Positions 51,791-61,247 of a stretch of DNA of 64,000 nt are shown one piece after another. The notes under the pieces are model-generated. The model did no database searches. It had not been told where the DNA came from and saw nothing but the letters and a program-made list of their open reading frames with translations. How positions within the stretch are numbered: position 1 is the first letter of the stretch; every line of letters starts with the position of its first letter. The translations under genes and the position numbers were made by a program. This DNA is from an uncultured candidatus Porisulfidus sp. (GTDB lineage Bacteria; Pseudomonadota; Gammaproteobacteria; Poriferisulfidales; Poriferisulfidaceae): contig OZ220480.1 of assembly GCA_965116025.1 (NCBI GenBank), positions 1,504,001 to 1,568,000 of the forward strand, written 5' to 3'.

Positions 51791-53515
51791 GTGGATCGCA
51801 GGAGATTTCTTCAAGGGAGCGCCGCGCTCGGCGGGGCGTTGGCTTTCCATGCCACCTTGCCCGCGTGGGCGCGCGGTGGCTCGCGGACCGATGTGAGCGG
51901 TCTGAAAGCTCTCTCTGGCACTCGGTTCAAGCTCGATATCGATCACGCCCGCCACGAAATCGATGGCGCGTCCGGCCGGGCCATTCTGGTGAATGGACGA
52001 TTGCCCGCGCCTCTGTTGCGATGGCGGGAGGGTGACGAGGTCAGTCTGAGCGTCACCAACCATCTGAACGAGGACACCTCGATACACTGGCATGGTGTCC
52101 TGTTGCCGTTCCAGATGGACGGCGTGCCCGGCGTGTCCTTCCCAGGCATCAGGCCGGGCGAGACCTTCACGTATGAGTTTCCGCTGGTTCAGGCGGGCAC
52201 CTATTGGTATCACAGCCACTCCGGGCTACAGGAGCAACTGGGCCATTACGGGCCGATCGTGATCGAGCCCAGGGGCATCGATCCGGTCGCCTATGATCGC
52301 GAGTATGTGATCGTGCTGTCCGATTGGACTTTCGAGGATCCGCATCGGGTGTTCGCCAAGCTGAAGAAGATGAGCGACGTCTACAACTTTCAGCAACGCA
52401 CCGTGAGCGACTTCTTCGACGACGTGGAGGCCGAAGGCTTCGACCGCGCTCTCTCGGAGCGCATGATGTGGGGCGCGATGCGCATGAATCCGACGGATAT
52501 CGCCGACGTCACGGGAGCGACGTACACCTACTTGCTCAATGGCCAGAGTCCGGCGGAAAACTGGACGGGCCTGTTCCAGCCTGGCGAGCGGGTCCGGCTC
52601 CGCCTCATCAACGCCGCGGCCATGAGCATTTTCAACGTGCGCGTTCCCGGTTTGCCCATGATCGTGGCGCAGGCCGATGGGCTCGACGTCGAACCGGTGG
52701 AGATTGATGAGCTGCAGATCGGCGTGGCTGAGACCTATGACGTGGTCGTGCGCCCCGAAGCGAACGAGGCCTACGCCGTGGTGGCCGAGAGCAATGACCG
52801 CAGCGGGTACGCTCTCGGCACGTTGGCGCCGCGGGTGGGAATGCGCGCCTCGGTTCCGGAGTCGCGGCCCAGACCCACCCTGACCATGAAGGACATGGCG
52901 ATGGATCACTCGACGATGGATCATGGCGCGATGGACCATTCGGAGATGGATCATTCCGACATGGCCATGGCGTCCGGGTCGCGCGCCCACGACCACCTTA
53001 GGGGCCCGGGCGTCGCGGCGTTGGCGGTGCGCCCGACAAACCGTCTCGCAGAGCGGCCCAATGGCCTTGAGGACGCGCCGCACCGCGTGCTGACGTACGC
53101 CGACCTCAAGGCGCTTCGCCGCAACCCCGACACGCGGCCTCCGCGACGCGAGATCGAGCTGCACCTGACCGGCAACATGGAACGCTACATGTGGTCCTTC
53201 GACGGCGTCAAATTCTCGGAGGCGGACGGCCCGATCTTGTTTTACAAGAACGAGCGGCTGCGCTTGACGCTCGTGAACAACACCATGATGCCGCACCCGG
53301 TCCATCTGCATGGCATGTTCTTCGACGTGGTCACGGGCGAGCATGACCGGAAGCCGCGCAAGCACACGATCGTCGCCAAGCCGGGCGAGAGGCTGTCGGT
53401 CGACGTCACGGCGGACGCGGTGGGCGACTGGGCGTTTCATTGCCATCTGCTCTACCACATGCACGCGGGCATGATGCGCGTGGTGTCCGTTCGTGACGAG
53501 GAAGCCTCGGCATGA
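51791..53515 (+). CDS. copA: Copper-resistance multicopper oxidase CopA
   Basis: Tat signal DRRRFL; IHWHG, WYHSH, HPVHLHG, HCHLLYHMHAGM copper motifs. Confidence 0.95.
   Translation: MDRRRFLQGSAALGGALAFHATLPAWARGGSRTDVSGLKALSGTRFKLDIDHARHEIDGASGRAILVNGRLPAPLLRWREGDEVSLSVTNHLNEDTSIHWHGVLLPFQMDGVPGVSFPGIRPGETFTYEFPLVQAGTYWYHSHSGLQEQLGHYGPIVIEPRGIDPVAYDREYVIVLSDWTFEDPHRVFAKLKKMSDVYNFQQRTVSDFFDDVEAEGFDRALSERMMWGAMRMNPTDIADVTGATYTYLLNGQSPAENWTGLFQPGERVRLRLINAAAMSIFNVRVPGLPMIVAQADGLDVEPVEIDELQIGVAETYDVVVRPEANEAYAVVAESNDRSGYALGTLAPRVGMRASVPESRPRPTLTMKDMAMDHSTMDHGAMDHSEMDHSDMAMASGSRAHDHLRGPGVAALAVRPTNRLAERPNGLEDAPHRVLTYADLKALRRNPDTRPPRREIELHLTGNMERYMWSFDGVKFSEADGPILFYKNERLRLTLVNNTMMPHPVHLHGMFFDVVTGEHDRKPRKHTIVAKPGERLSVDVTADAVGDWAFHCHLLYHMHAGMMRVVSVRDEEASA
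52901..52960 (+). repeat. Four 15-nt tandem units encoding MDHxx (Met/His-rich copper-binding insert)
   Basis: MDHST-MDHGA-MDHSE-MDHSD. Confidence 0.85.
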
Positions 53516-54279
53516 TCCGCGCGCTCGCGCTCGCGGCCTGCACGGGGCTCGCGTCCCCGGGATTCGCCCAGAACGCGGCCGACGCCTATCATGATCCGGA
53601 AGAGATGGCCGCGGCCCGCGCCGCGCTGAAGTCCGGCCATGGCGACCAAATCAACGCGCTCCTCTTGGTCGAGCGGCTGGAGCGTCGCTCCAACGAGGGC
53701 GAGCCGCTGATGATTCTGGAAGGGCAGGGCTGGATCGGCGGCGATCTTCGAAAGCTCTGGATCAAGACCGAAGTGGAATACGACGCCGAGGAGGGGCGAG
53801 TCGAGGAAGCCGAGGTCCAGGCGCTCTATAGCCACGCCATCGCCCCGTTCTGGGATTTTCAGGCGGGGCTTCGGCGCGACATCAGGCCCGGTCCGTCCCG
53901 CGCCTATGCCGTGGTCGGGGCGCAAGGGCTCGCGCCCTACTGGATTGAGATGGATGTCCAGCTGTTCCTGAGCGACGAGGGAGACGCGTCCGCCCGGTTG
54001 GAAGCCGAATATGAGATTCTCCTGACGCAACGTCTGGCGCTGCAGCCCAGCGTCGAGCTCAGCGTGGCCTTCTCGGATGACGAGGACGCCGGCGTTGGCT
54101 CCGGACCGTCAACGGTCGAGGCGGGCTTGCGCCTGCGCTACGAGGTGATCCGCGAGTTCGCGCCGTACGTCGGCGTCAGTTGGGATCGCGCCTTCGGGGA
54201 TACCAGAGACTTGGCGGAGGCGGACGGCGAGGATGGAGATCGGGTCTCATGGGTGGCGGGAGCCCGGTTCTGGTTCTGA
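53512..54279 (+). CDS. copB: Copper resistance protein CopB
   Basis: WIGGDLRKLW, IAPFWDFQAG, GLAPYW, GLRLRYE..REFAPYVGV, terminal WF. Confidence 0.9.
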   Translation: MIRALALAACTGLASPGFAQNAADAYHDPEEMAAARAALKSGHGDQINALLLVERLERRSNEGEPLMILEGQGWIGGDLRKLWIKTEVEYDAEEGRVEEAEVQALYSHAIAPFWDFQAGLRRDIRPGPSRAYAVVGAQGLAPYWIEMDVQLFLSDEGDASARLEAEYEILLTQRLALQPSVELSVAFSDDEDAGVGSGPSTVEAGLRLRYEVIREFAPYVGVSWDRAFGDTRDLAEADGEDGDRVSWVAGARFWF

Positions 54280-54480
54280 TTTCTCGTATCTGGGCTTTCT
54301 CGAGGGGCGGCGTCAGATGGCGGGAGGAGACGTTCTCGCCGTGGCGAGAAGAAAGGCGAGCGGGCCGTAGGCTGATCGTTCTCCGGATGCGTCGGATATC
54401 GGTGAAATAAGAGTTGATCGCCGCCACCGGTTTCTGCTCCATCACCATGGCCGAAAGATAGGTCGGTGGCTTGGCTGCGC

Positions 54481-56289
54481 TCAGTCTTGGGTGCGGTAAT
54501 ACGGTCGCCCGGCATCGCGCCTCGGCCGCGGCTCGGGCCGGGGAACTCCGTCGGTGAAGCGCGCCCATTCCAAAGAGCGGAACACGCGGCGCCTCTCGCG
54601 CAGGGAGAGCTCGCCGGTCCATCCGTCGAGGGTGGCTTCCGGGTAAGTCTGAAGAAAATCCAGATTCGTCGCCAACAGGTAGGCGTCAGCGCCGAGCGCC
54701 GCGATGCGCGGCAGATCCCGCGCGGGGAGGGCGTCGCCAAGGAGTTCGCGCAGGCGAGCGTCCAGCACCAGCGGGATGTCGCAGAACAGCGCGCCCTCAA
54801 GGTCTTGGTCCTGCAACGGGCTCGGGACTCCGGAGTAGACGTGCGAGGTCGCGTATAGCGGCAGGTCGCCGGCGTAGTAGAAGTCTAGTTGCGGTTTGAA
54901 CAGGCGGGCGTTGGGCGCGGAGGAGGCCAGGAACACCATGTCGACGTCTTGGCGCCGAGTCGGGCGCGACGTCACCTCGCGGCCGATCGCTTCCTCGACT
55001 TGGCGCTTGCGGCGCTCGCCCTCGGAAAGCTTCAGGAGATCCTTGATCTTGGCCGCGTGGTCGGACGCGTTCGCGAAATAAAAGCCTTGACCGCGCACGA
55101 TCCCGCCACCGGCCGCGAAGCGCTCCGCGAACGCGCGGGCGAGGCGCTGGCCCCAGCCGCTGGCGGGGGCGAACACGATCGCGGCGCGGCGGCCCTCCGC
55201 CAGCGCGCGGTCGGCGGCCTGGACCGCCTCGTCTTCCGGAAGCAGGCCGAACTGGAACAGCCGGGCGGGCGGCTCGACGGCGCGCTCGAGGTAATTCAGG
55301 CTGACGGTGTCGACCGATAGGTCTCCGGCGCGCGCCAGAGCGGCGACGGCGTCCTTGTCGAACGGGCCGATGACGCGCTGCGCGCCCTCTTCGACGGCCT
55401 GGCGGTAGAGATCCGCTACCGCGCGCGAGGGGTCGCCGGTGTCGTAGACGCGCAGCTCGGGCGCGGGGCCGGACTGGCGGCGCATGCCGGCCTCTACGCC
55501 CAGCCGGATGGCGCGGCCGATCGGCGCGAAATCGCCGCTCACCGGAATCAGGGCGGCGAGTCGGAGCAATTCGGGGTGGACGCGCTCCAAGGTTTCGATG
55601 ACGCTGGGCAGCCAGCGTTCCGCCGGGTGCTCGCCATGTCGTCGCTTCCAGTCGTCGATCCCGGCGCGCGCCGCGCCGCCGCGCGGGGCGTCGGCGCGCG
55701 CGAGAAGGGCCAGTTCCAGCCAGCCGCGCCAGACCTCGTCGCCAGTGCGGTCCCGCCAGGCCTCGAGTTTGGCGCGGGGCGTCGCGAGCAGGCCGTTCCA
55801 GGCTTTTGGAAGCAGCGCGTCGCGCGTCGCGTCGTCTCTGGAGCGCGCGGCCAGAAGAAGACGCGCGCGCAGGGCGTTCTCGGGGTCGCCGAGCTGGTCA
55901 TAGACGCGGACGCGCAGCCGAAGGGACGTCTCGTTCTCCGGCAGGGAGGACAACGCGCTCAGGGCGGCGAGCTCCTCGCCGCCGCGCAGCAGAGCCTCGG
56001 CCTGGAGCAGGCGCAACGCGTCTTTTCGCGCGGGGTCCAGGCGGCTGGCGTCAAGGCTGGGCAGCCGAGCCAGCGCCACGTCCCAGCGTCCGAGCCCGGC
56101 CCATTCGACGAGAAGGTCGTATCGCCGAAGCGCGCGCTCCTCTTCGGGCCAAAGATCGATTCTCTCCCATGCCTGATCGGGGGGGAGATTCAGGATCTCG
56201 TCCCAAGAGGGAGTCTCGGACGGGGGCGCGACCGCGCAGCCGGCCAGCCACAAGGCGGTCAGGAACGGGATCAGGAAAGGGCGCGGCAT
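54481..56289 (-). CDS. lpoA: Penicillin-binding protein activator LpoA (LppC)
   Basis: Lipobox LAGC, GWLELA, HPA, IGPFDK, FGLLPEDEA, YATS, ALGADAY; divergent from rsmI. Confidence 0.85.
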   Translation of the reverse strand: MPRPFLIPFLTALWLAGCAVAPPSETPSWDEILNLPPDQAWERIDLWPEEERALRRYDLLVEWAGLGRWDVALARLPSLDASRLDPARKDALRLLQAEALLRGGEELAALSALSSLPENETSLRLRVRVYDQLGDPENALRARLLLAARSRDDATRDALLPKAWNGLLATPRAKLEAWRDRTGDEVWRGWLELALLARADAPRGGAARAGIDDWKRRHGEHPAERWLPSVIETLERVHPELLRLAALIPVSGDFAPIGRAIRLGVEAGMRRQSGPAPELRVYDTGDPSRAVADLYRQAVEEGAQRVIGPFDKDAVAALARAGDLSVDTVSLNYLERAVEPPARLFQFGLLPEDEAVQAADRALAEGRRAAIVFAPASGWGQRLARAFAERFAAGGGIVRGQGFYFANASDHAAKIKDLLKLSEGERRKRQVEEAIGREVTSRPTRRQDVDMVFLASSAPNARLFKPQLDFYYAGDLPLYATSHVYSGVPSPLQDQDLEGALFCDIPLVLDARLRELLGDALPARDLPRIAALGADAYLLATNLDFLQTYPEATLDGWTGELSLRERRRVFRSLEWARFTDGVPRPEPRPRRDAGRPYYRTQD

Positions 56290-56345
56290 GACGTCTCTGG
56301 CGAGGAATTATTTATTGTATAGGCAGGCCGTCGCCGAGCGGCGGT

Positions 56346-57248
56346 ATGATGGCGGGCGCCATCGCGGAGAGCGGAGGATCTCCGATGCCAGAGTGGAACG
56401 CCGAGCCCTCGACTCTGTACGTGGTGGCGACCCCGATCGGAAATCTGGACGACCTGAGCGCCCGGGCGGGCGCCGCGCTGCGCTCGGTGGCTTGGGTCGC
56501 GGCGGAGGATACCCGGCGGACGCGCAAGCTGATGGCGAGTCTGGGGGCGAAGGCGCGGCTGCGCAGCCTGCACCGCGGGAACGAGGCCCGGTCGGTTCCC
56601 GCGCTGATTCGCTCGCTGCGCTCGGGGGCGGCGGGCGCGCTGGTCTCCGACGCGGGCACGCCGCTGGTTAGCGACCCGGGCGCCCGGCTGGTGGAGGCCG
56701 CGCTTCGAGACGGGGTCGCGGTGTCGCCGCTGCCGGGTCCGTGCGCCGTGGCGGCGGCGCTGTCGGTCGCCGGGATGGATGCCGCGCGCTTCTCGTTCGA
56801 GGGGTTTCTGCCGCCGCGCGCGGAAGCGCGGCGCGCGCGGCTCGTGGAACTGGCGCGGGAGACTCGGACCTGGGTCGCGTACGAGACGCCGCGCCGGATT
56901 CGGGCGCTGGCGGAAGACCTCAAGCGAGCGCTGGAGGCGGGTCGGCGGGTGGCGTGGGCGCGCGAGATGACCAAGCGGCACGAGGAGATATGGCGCGGGT
57001 CGGTGGGGGAGGTGGAGCCGGAGCGGATTCCCGAGCGCGGGGAGTTCGTGGTGGTGGTGGAGGGCGCGCGGCGGGAGCCGGAAGTCGCGCGCGAGAAGCT
57101 GGACGCGTTCCTCGAGCCCTTGCTCGCGGCCGGGCTCGGGGGACGCGCCGCGGCCGGCTTGGCGCGGGACTGTCTGGGCGCCTCCCGCGCGCGGTCGTAT
57201 GAGCGCGCGCTGGCGCTTCTCCGCCGCGCCGAGGCGCGGGGAGTATGA
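56346..57248 (+). CDS. rsmI: 16S rRNA C1402 2'-O-methyltransferase
   Basis: LYVVATPIGNLDD, AAEDTR, LVSDAGTPLVSDPG, FEGFLP, REMTKRHEE, RGEFV. Confidence 0.95.
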   Translation: MMAGAIAESGGSPMPEWNAEPSTLYVVATPIGNLDDLSARAGAALRSVAWVAAEDTRRTRKLMASLGAKARLRSLHRGNEARSVPALIRSLRSGAAGALVSDAGTPLVSDPGARLVEAALRDGVAVSPLPGPCAVAAALSVAGMDAARFSFEGFLPPRAEARRARLVELARETRTWVAYETPRRIRALAEDLKRALEAGRRVAWAREMTKRHEEIWRGSVGEVEPERIPERGEFVVVVEGARREPEVAREKLDAFLEPLLAAGLGGRAAAGLARDCLGASRARSYERALALLRRAEARGV

Positions 57249-57255
57249 TAGGCGT

Positions 57256-57591
57256 GGAAGCGGGCCGGGCGGTCGCCGCCTTCGGGCGGAGGAAAGTCCG
57301 GGCTCCGCGAGACGGGATGCCAGGTAACGCCTGGGAGGCGCGAGCCTACGGAAAGTGCCACAGAAAAAATACCGCCGGATTCGTCCGGTAAGGGTGAAAT
57401 GGTGCGGTAAGAGCGCACCGCGCGGCTGGCGACAGGCGCGGCAGGGCAAACCCCATCTGGAGCAAGACCCAATAGGGGGGCGATCGGGACGTCTCGCCCG
57501 GCCCCCGGGTAGGTCGCTAGAGCTGGGCGGCGACGCCCAGCCGAGAGGAATGGCCGCCCTCGACAGAACCCGGCTTACAGGCCCGCTTCCC
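57256..57591 (+). ncRNA. rnpB: RNase P RNA (class A)
   Basis: gaggaaagtccgggc, ggaaagtgccacagaa, agggtgaaa, acagaacccggctta; P1 helix ggaagcgggcc/ggcccgcttcc; rsmI-rnpB-mraZ synteny. Confidence 0.96.
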
Positions 57592-57850
57592 TCGGACCTG
57601 GACCCGTCGCCTCGCCCCTGGGTTGAGGCGGCGGCCGACGGGCGCGAACGGCTCCCGGTCTCCGCCCCGAGCCTCCCCGGAGCGCCCGCGCCCGGTTCGC
57701 GGAAGTGGAGATTCCATTCGGGATTCGGAGGGCGCGGCGCGAGACCGTTCCCGGATACCGAGAGACTATATATAAAGAAATAATATTATTTTTCTTATAG
57801 ATATGATGAATACCAATAATTATTCTTCCAATGGTTGCATGCTGATTAAT

Positions 57851-57887
57851 AATGGAATAGAATGGAGATTGCTGGAAATAAGTGGAA
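57851..57887 (+). promoter_or_regulatory. Probable MraZ-binding direct repeats
   Basis: TGGA at 57853, 57863, 57873 and 57883 (exact 10-bp period) in the AT-rich dcw promoter. Confidence 0.7.
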
Positions 57888-57914
57888 GGCGTTCCGCTTC
57901 AGGGAGGCGAGTCT

Positions 57915-58364
57915 ATGTTCAGGGGGTCGTGTCTGCTGACGGTCGACGACAAAGGCCGCATCGCGGTGCCTTCCCGCTTTCGCGAGACCCTGCGCGAACA
58001 GTGCGACGGCCATGTGGTCGTCACCATGTCCCATGATCGCGCCCTCGCCATCTATCCGTGGCCCGAATGGGAGAAGCTGGAGGAGCGCTTGCGCGATCTG
58101 CCGAGCGGGGACAACGCCCACCGCGCGCTGCAGGAGATGCTTCTCGGCCATGCCGACGAGCGCCAGATCGATAGCCAGGGCCGGTTGCTGCTCGCGCCGA
58201 GCTTGCGCCAGTACGCCCGGCTGGATCGAGACGCTAAGCTGATCGGTCAAAGCCACAAGCTGGTGCTGTGGGCGGCGCAGGACGACGAGTCGCGCTACCA
58301 GAGCTGGGAGCGGGTCCTCAACGACCCCTCGTTCTCCCAGACCGTGACCTCGCTCAAGATCTGA
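57915..58364 (+). CDS. mraZ: Division/cell wall cluster repressor MraZ
   Basis: MFRG...DDKGRIAVPSRFR, YPWPEW, DSQGRLL. Confidence 0.95.
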   Translation: MFRGSCLLTVDDKGRIAVPSRFRETLREQCDGHVVVTMSHDRALAIYPWPEWEKLEERLRDLPSGDNAHRALQEMLLGHADERQIDSQGRLLLAPSLRQYARLDRDAKLIGQSHKLVLWAAQDDESRYQSWERVLNDPSFSQTVTSLKI

Positions 58365-59296
58365 TGGCGGATGAGCGGACGCATGAACCGGTCCTTCTGC
58401 GCGAGACTCTGGACCGACTCGCGGTCCGCCCCGACGGTTTCTATATCGACGCGACGTATGGCCGTGGCGGACACGCCCGCGAGATTCTGGCCCGATTGGG
58501 CCCTGGTGGCCAGCTGTGGCTGCTGGACCGGGATCCCGAGGCCTGCGCCCACGCTCGCCAGACGCTCGGAGGCGATTCGAGAGTGACGGTGGCGCGGGAC
58601 GCGTTCGCGAATCTGCCCGAGCGGCTGGATCTGGCGGGTTCGCTCCGCCAGGTCGACGGGCTGCTGCTGGACCTGGGCGTCTCCTCGGCCCAGCTCGATT
58701 CCCCGGAGCGCGGCTTCAGCTTTCGCGCTGACGGCCCGCTGGACATGCGCATGGATGGCGAGGGGCGCACGGCCGCGGAGTGGCTCGCGCGCGCTGAGGA
58801 GGGAGAGATCGCGGCCGTCCTGCTCGAGTTCGGCGAGGAGCGTCGCGCCCGGCACGTCGCCCGCGCCATCGTCGCGGCTCGCGCGCGCTCTCCGCTGGTT
58901 CGCGCCCGGGATCTGGCGCGACTGATCGAGCGCGTGGCGCCCGCGGGCGGATCCCGCCTGCATCCGGCCACGCGGAGCTTCCAGGCGATCCGCGTCTTTC
59001 TCAACCGCGAGCTGGAGCAGCTGGAGACCTTGCTCGGGCGGGTTCACGCGTTGCTCGCGGACGAGGCCCGACTCGTGGTGATCAGCTTCCATTCGCTGGA
59101 AGACCGCATCGTCAAGCGGTTTCTGCGCGCGGCCAGCGAGCCGCCAGTGGTCGATCGGCGCCGCCCGCCTCCGCCGTTCGAGCCGACGATGGAGGTTTTC
59201 GGGCTGGTCCGCCCGACCCCGGCGGAAATCGCCCGCAATCCCCGCGCGCGCTCGGCCCGCATGCGCGCCGCCCGGAGGTTGCCGTGCGTGGCGTGA
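58364..59296 (+). CDS. rsmH: 16S rRNA C1402 N4-methyltransferase
   Basis: HEPVLL, DATYGRGGH, DLGVSSAQLD, GPLDMRM, HPATRSFQAIR, ISFHSLEDR, NPRARSA. Confidence 0.96.
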   Translation: MADERTHEPVLLRETLDRLAVRPDGFYIDATYGRGGHAREILARLGPGGQLWLLDRDPEACAHARQTLGGDSRVTVARDAFANLPERLDLAGSLRQVDGLLLDLGVSSAQLDSPERGFSFRADGPLDMRMDGEGRTAAEWLARAEEGEIAAVLLEFGEERRARHVARAIVAARARSPLVRARDLARLIERVAPAGGSRLHPATRSFQAIRVFLNRELEQLETLLGRVHALLADEARLVVISFHSLEDRIVKRFLRAASEPPVVDRRRPPPPFEPTMEVFGLVRPTPAEIARNPRARSARMRAARRLPCVA

Positions 59297-59550
59297 CGCC
59301 ATGGGGTTTGCTGCTGCTCGCCAATCTGGCGGTGGCGATCGGCGTGGTGTACGTCAAGCATTCCAGCCAGATGGCGTTCAGGAGTGTCCAGGAGCAGCGC
59401 GAGATCTACCACCGCCTGCAGACCGACTGGGGGCGGCTGTTGCTGGAGCGCGGCGCCCTGACCGCCTACGCGCGCGTGGAGCGGGAGGCGACGCGGCGCT
59501 TGCGCATGCGCCGTCCCGATCCGTCCCGAATCCACCTTCTGGGTCCGTGA
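59293..59550 (+). CDS. ftsL: Cell division protein FtsL
   Basis: TM helix, then DWGRLLLE...RVEREA..RLRM..P; position between rsmH and ftsI. Confidence 0.88.
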   Translation: MTPWGLLLLANLAVAIGVVYVKHSSQMAFRSVQEQREIYHRLQTDWGRLLLERGALTAYARVEREATRRLRMRRPDPSRIHLLGP

Positions 59551-61247
59551 GGATCGCCCGCCGCGCTTCCTGCGACTGGCGCCGCCGCCTGGTGCTCGGG
59601 GCGCTGCTGCTGGTCGCGGCTGGCCTGATCGGGCGCGCCGCGCAGTTGCAGTACGCCGAGCAGGAGTTCTTGATCGCGCAGGGAGAGAGTCGGCAGTTGC
59701 GCACGGTGCCGATCCCGGCCTCGCGCGGCATGCTGCTCGACCGCCACGGCGAGCCGCTCGCGGTCAGCACTCCGGTGCGGTCGGCGTGGGCCGAGCCGGG
59801 CCCGTTGCTCGAGGCGCGGGAGCGCTGGCCCGATCTGGCGCGGGAACTAGGGCTGTCGCGGTCGAGGCTGTCGCGGTCGCTGCTGGACCGCGCGGACCGC
59901 AAATTCGTCTATCTGCGCCGGCAGATCACCCCGGACCAGGCGGCCGCGGTGACCGCGCTCGGAATTCCGGGGGTCGGCCTGATCACCGAATATCGCCGCT
60001 ACTATCCGGCGGGAGCGGTGACCGCGCAGCTGATCGGCGGCACCGACATCGACGACAAGGGGCTGGAAGGCCTGGAGCTCGCGCTCGACGCGCGCCTGCG
60101 CGCCCGACCGGGCGCGCGTCGGGTGCGGCAGGACCGGCGCGGGCGGATCATCGACGATCTCGCCCAAGTGCGTCCGCCGAAGCATGGCGAGGATCTGCGC
60201 TTGGGCATCGATCTGTGGCTGCAGTATCGCGCTTATCAGGAACTGGAGGCCGCGGTGCTCCGTCACCGCGCGAAGAGCGGGGTCGTGGTGGCGCTCGACG
60301 TGGTCACCGGCGAGGTGCTGGCGATGGCGCAGGCCCCGTCGTTCAACCCCAATGGACGGCGCGCCGCGCCGCCGGACCGGCGCCGAAACCGCGCGATCAC
60401 CGACCCGTACGAGCCGGGCTCGGTGGTGAAGCCGTTCACCGTGCTGACCGCGCTGGCGACCGGTCTCTACGACGAGAGCAGCCGCTTCGACACCAATCGG
60501 GGGAGCCTCCGGGTCGGAGGGCGCGTCATTCGGGACATTCGGGACTTCGGCGAGCTGGACCTCGGCGGGGTGCTGGTCAAGTCCAGCAACGTCGCGGCGG
60601 CGCGGATCGCGCTGGATCTGCCGGGAGAGGCCCTGTGGGAGACGCTCGACCGGCTCGGCTTCGGCCAGCCGCTGGGGCTTGGCTATCCGGGCGAGACCAC
60701 CGGCGTACTGCGCGAGCCGCGGCGCTGGGCGCCCGTGGATCAGGCCGCCCTGGGCTACGGCTATGGCTTGTCCGCCACGCCCCTGCACATCGCGCGAGCG
60801 TACATGATTCTCGGCAACCGCGGCGTGCGCCAGCCGATCAGCTTCCTCGCCGGACCAAGCTCGGCTGGCGCGCGCGCGTTGCCGCGCGCGCGCTGCGACG
60901 CGGTGCTGCGCATGCTGGAGAGAGTCGCGGGCCCCGGCGGCACCGCCCGCCGCGCCCGCATCCCGGGCTACACCGTGGCGGCCAAGACCGGCACGGTGCG
61001 GAAGCTCATCGACGGCGACTACTCCGAGAAGCGCCACGTCGCGCTGACCGTCGGCGTCGTGCCGGCCCGCCACCCGCGCGTGGCGATCCTGGCGCTGGTG
61101 GACGGTCCGACCGGCGGACAGTACTACGGCGGACAAGTGGCCGCTCCGGTGTTCCGGGAGGTGGCGCGCGAGGCGCTGCGCTTGCTGAACGTTCCGCCGG
61201 ACGATCGGGAATGGGCGCGCCGGGCCATGGCGGGAGGGACCGGATGA
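59547..61247 (+). CDS. ftsI: Penicillin-binding protein 3
   Basis: RGMLLDRHGEPLAVS, RRYYP, EPGSVVK (SxxK), KSSN (SxN), KTGT, GGQVAAPVF. Confidence 0.94.
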   Translation: MRIARRASCDWRRRLVLGALLLVAAGLIGRAAQLQYAEQEFLIAQGESRQLRTVPIPASRGMLLDRHGEPLAVSTPVRSAWAEPGPLLEARERWPDLARELGLSRSRLSRSLLDRADRKFVYLRRQITPDQAAAVTALGIPGVGLITEYRRYYPAGAVTAQLIGGTDIDDKGLEGLELALDARLRARPGARRVRQDRRGRIIDDLAQVRPPKHGEDLRLGIDLWLQYRAYQELEAAVLRHRAKSGVVVALDVVTGEVLAMAQAPSFNPNGRRAAPPDRRRNRAITDPYEPGSVVKPFTVLTALATGLYDESSRFDTNRGSLRVGGRVIRDIRDFGELDLGGVLVKSSNVAAARIALDLPGEALWETLDRLGFGQPLGLGYPGETTGVLREPRRWAPVDQAALGYGYGLSATPLHIARAYMILGNRGVRQPISFLAGPSSAGARALPRARCDAVLRMLERVAGPGGTARRARIPGYTVAAKTGTVRKLIDGDYSEKRHVALTVGVVPARHPRVAILALVDGPTGGQYYGGQVAAPVFREVAREALRLLNVPPDDREWARRAMAGGTG

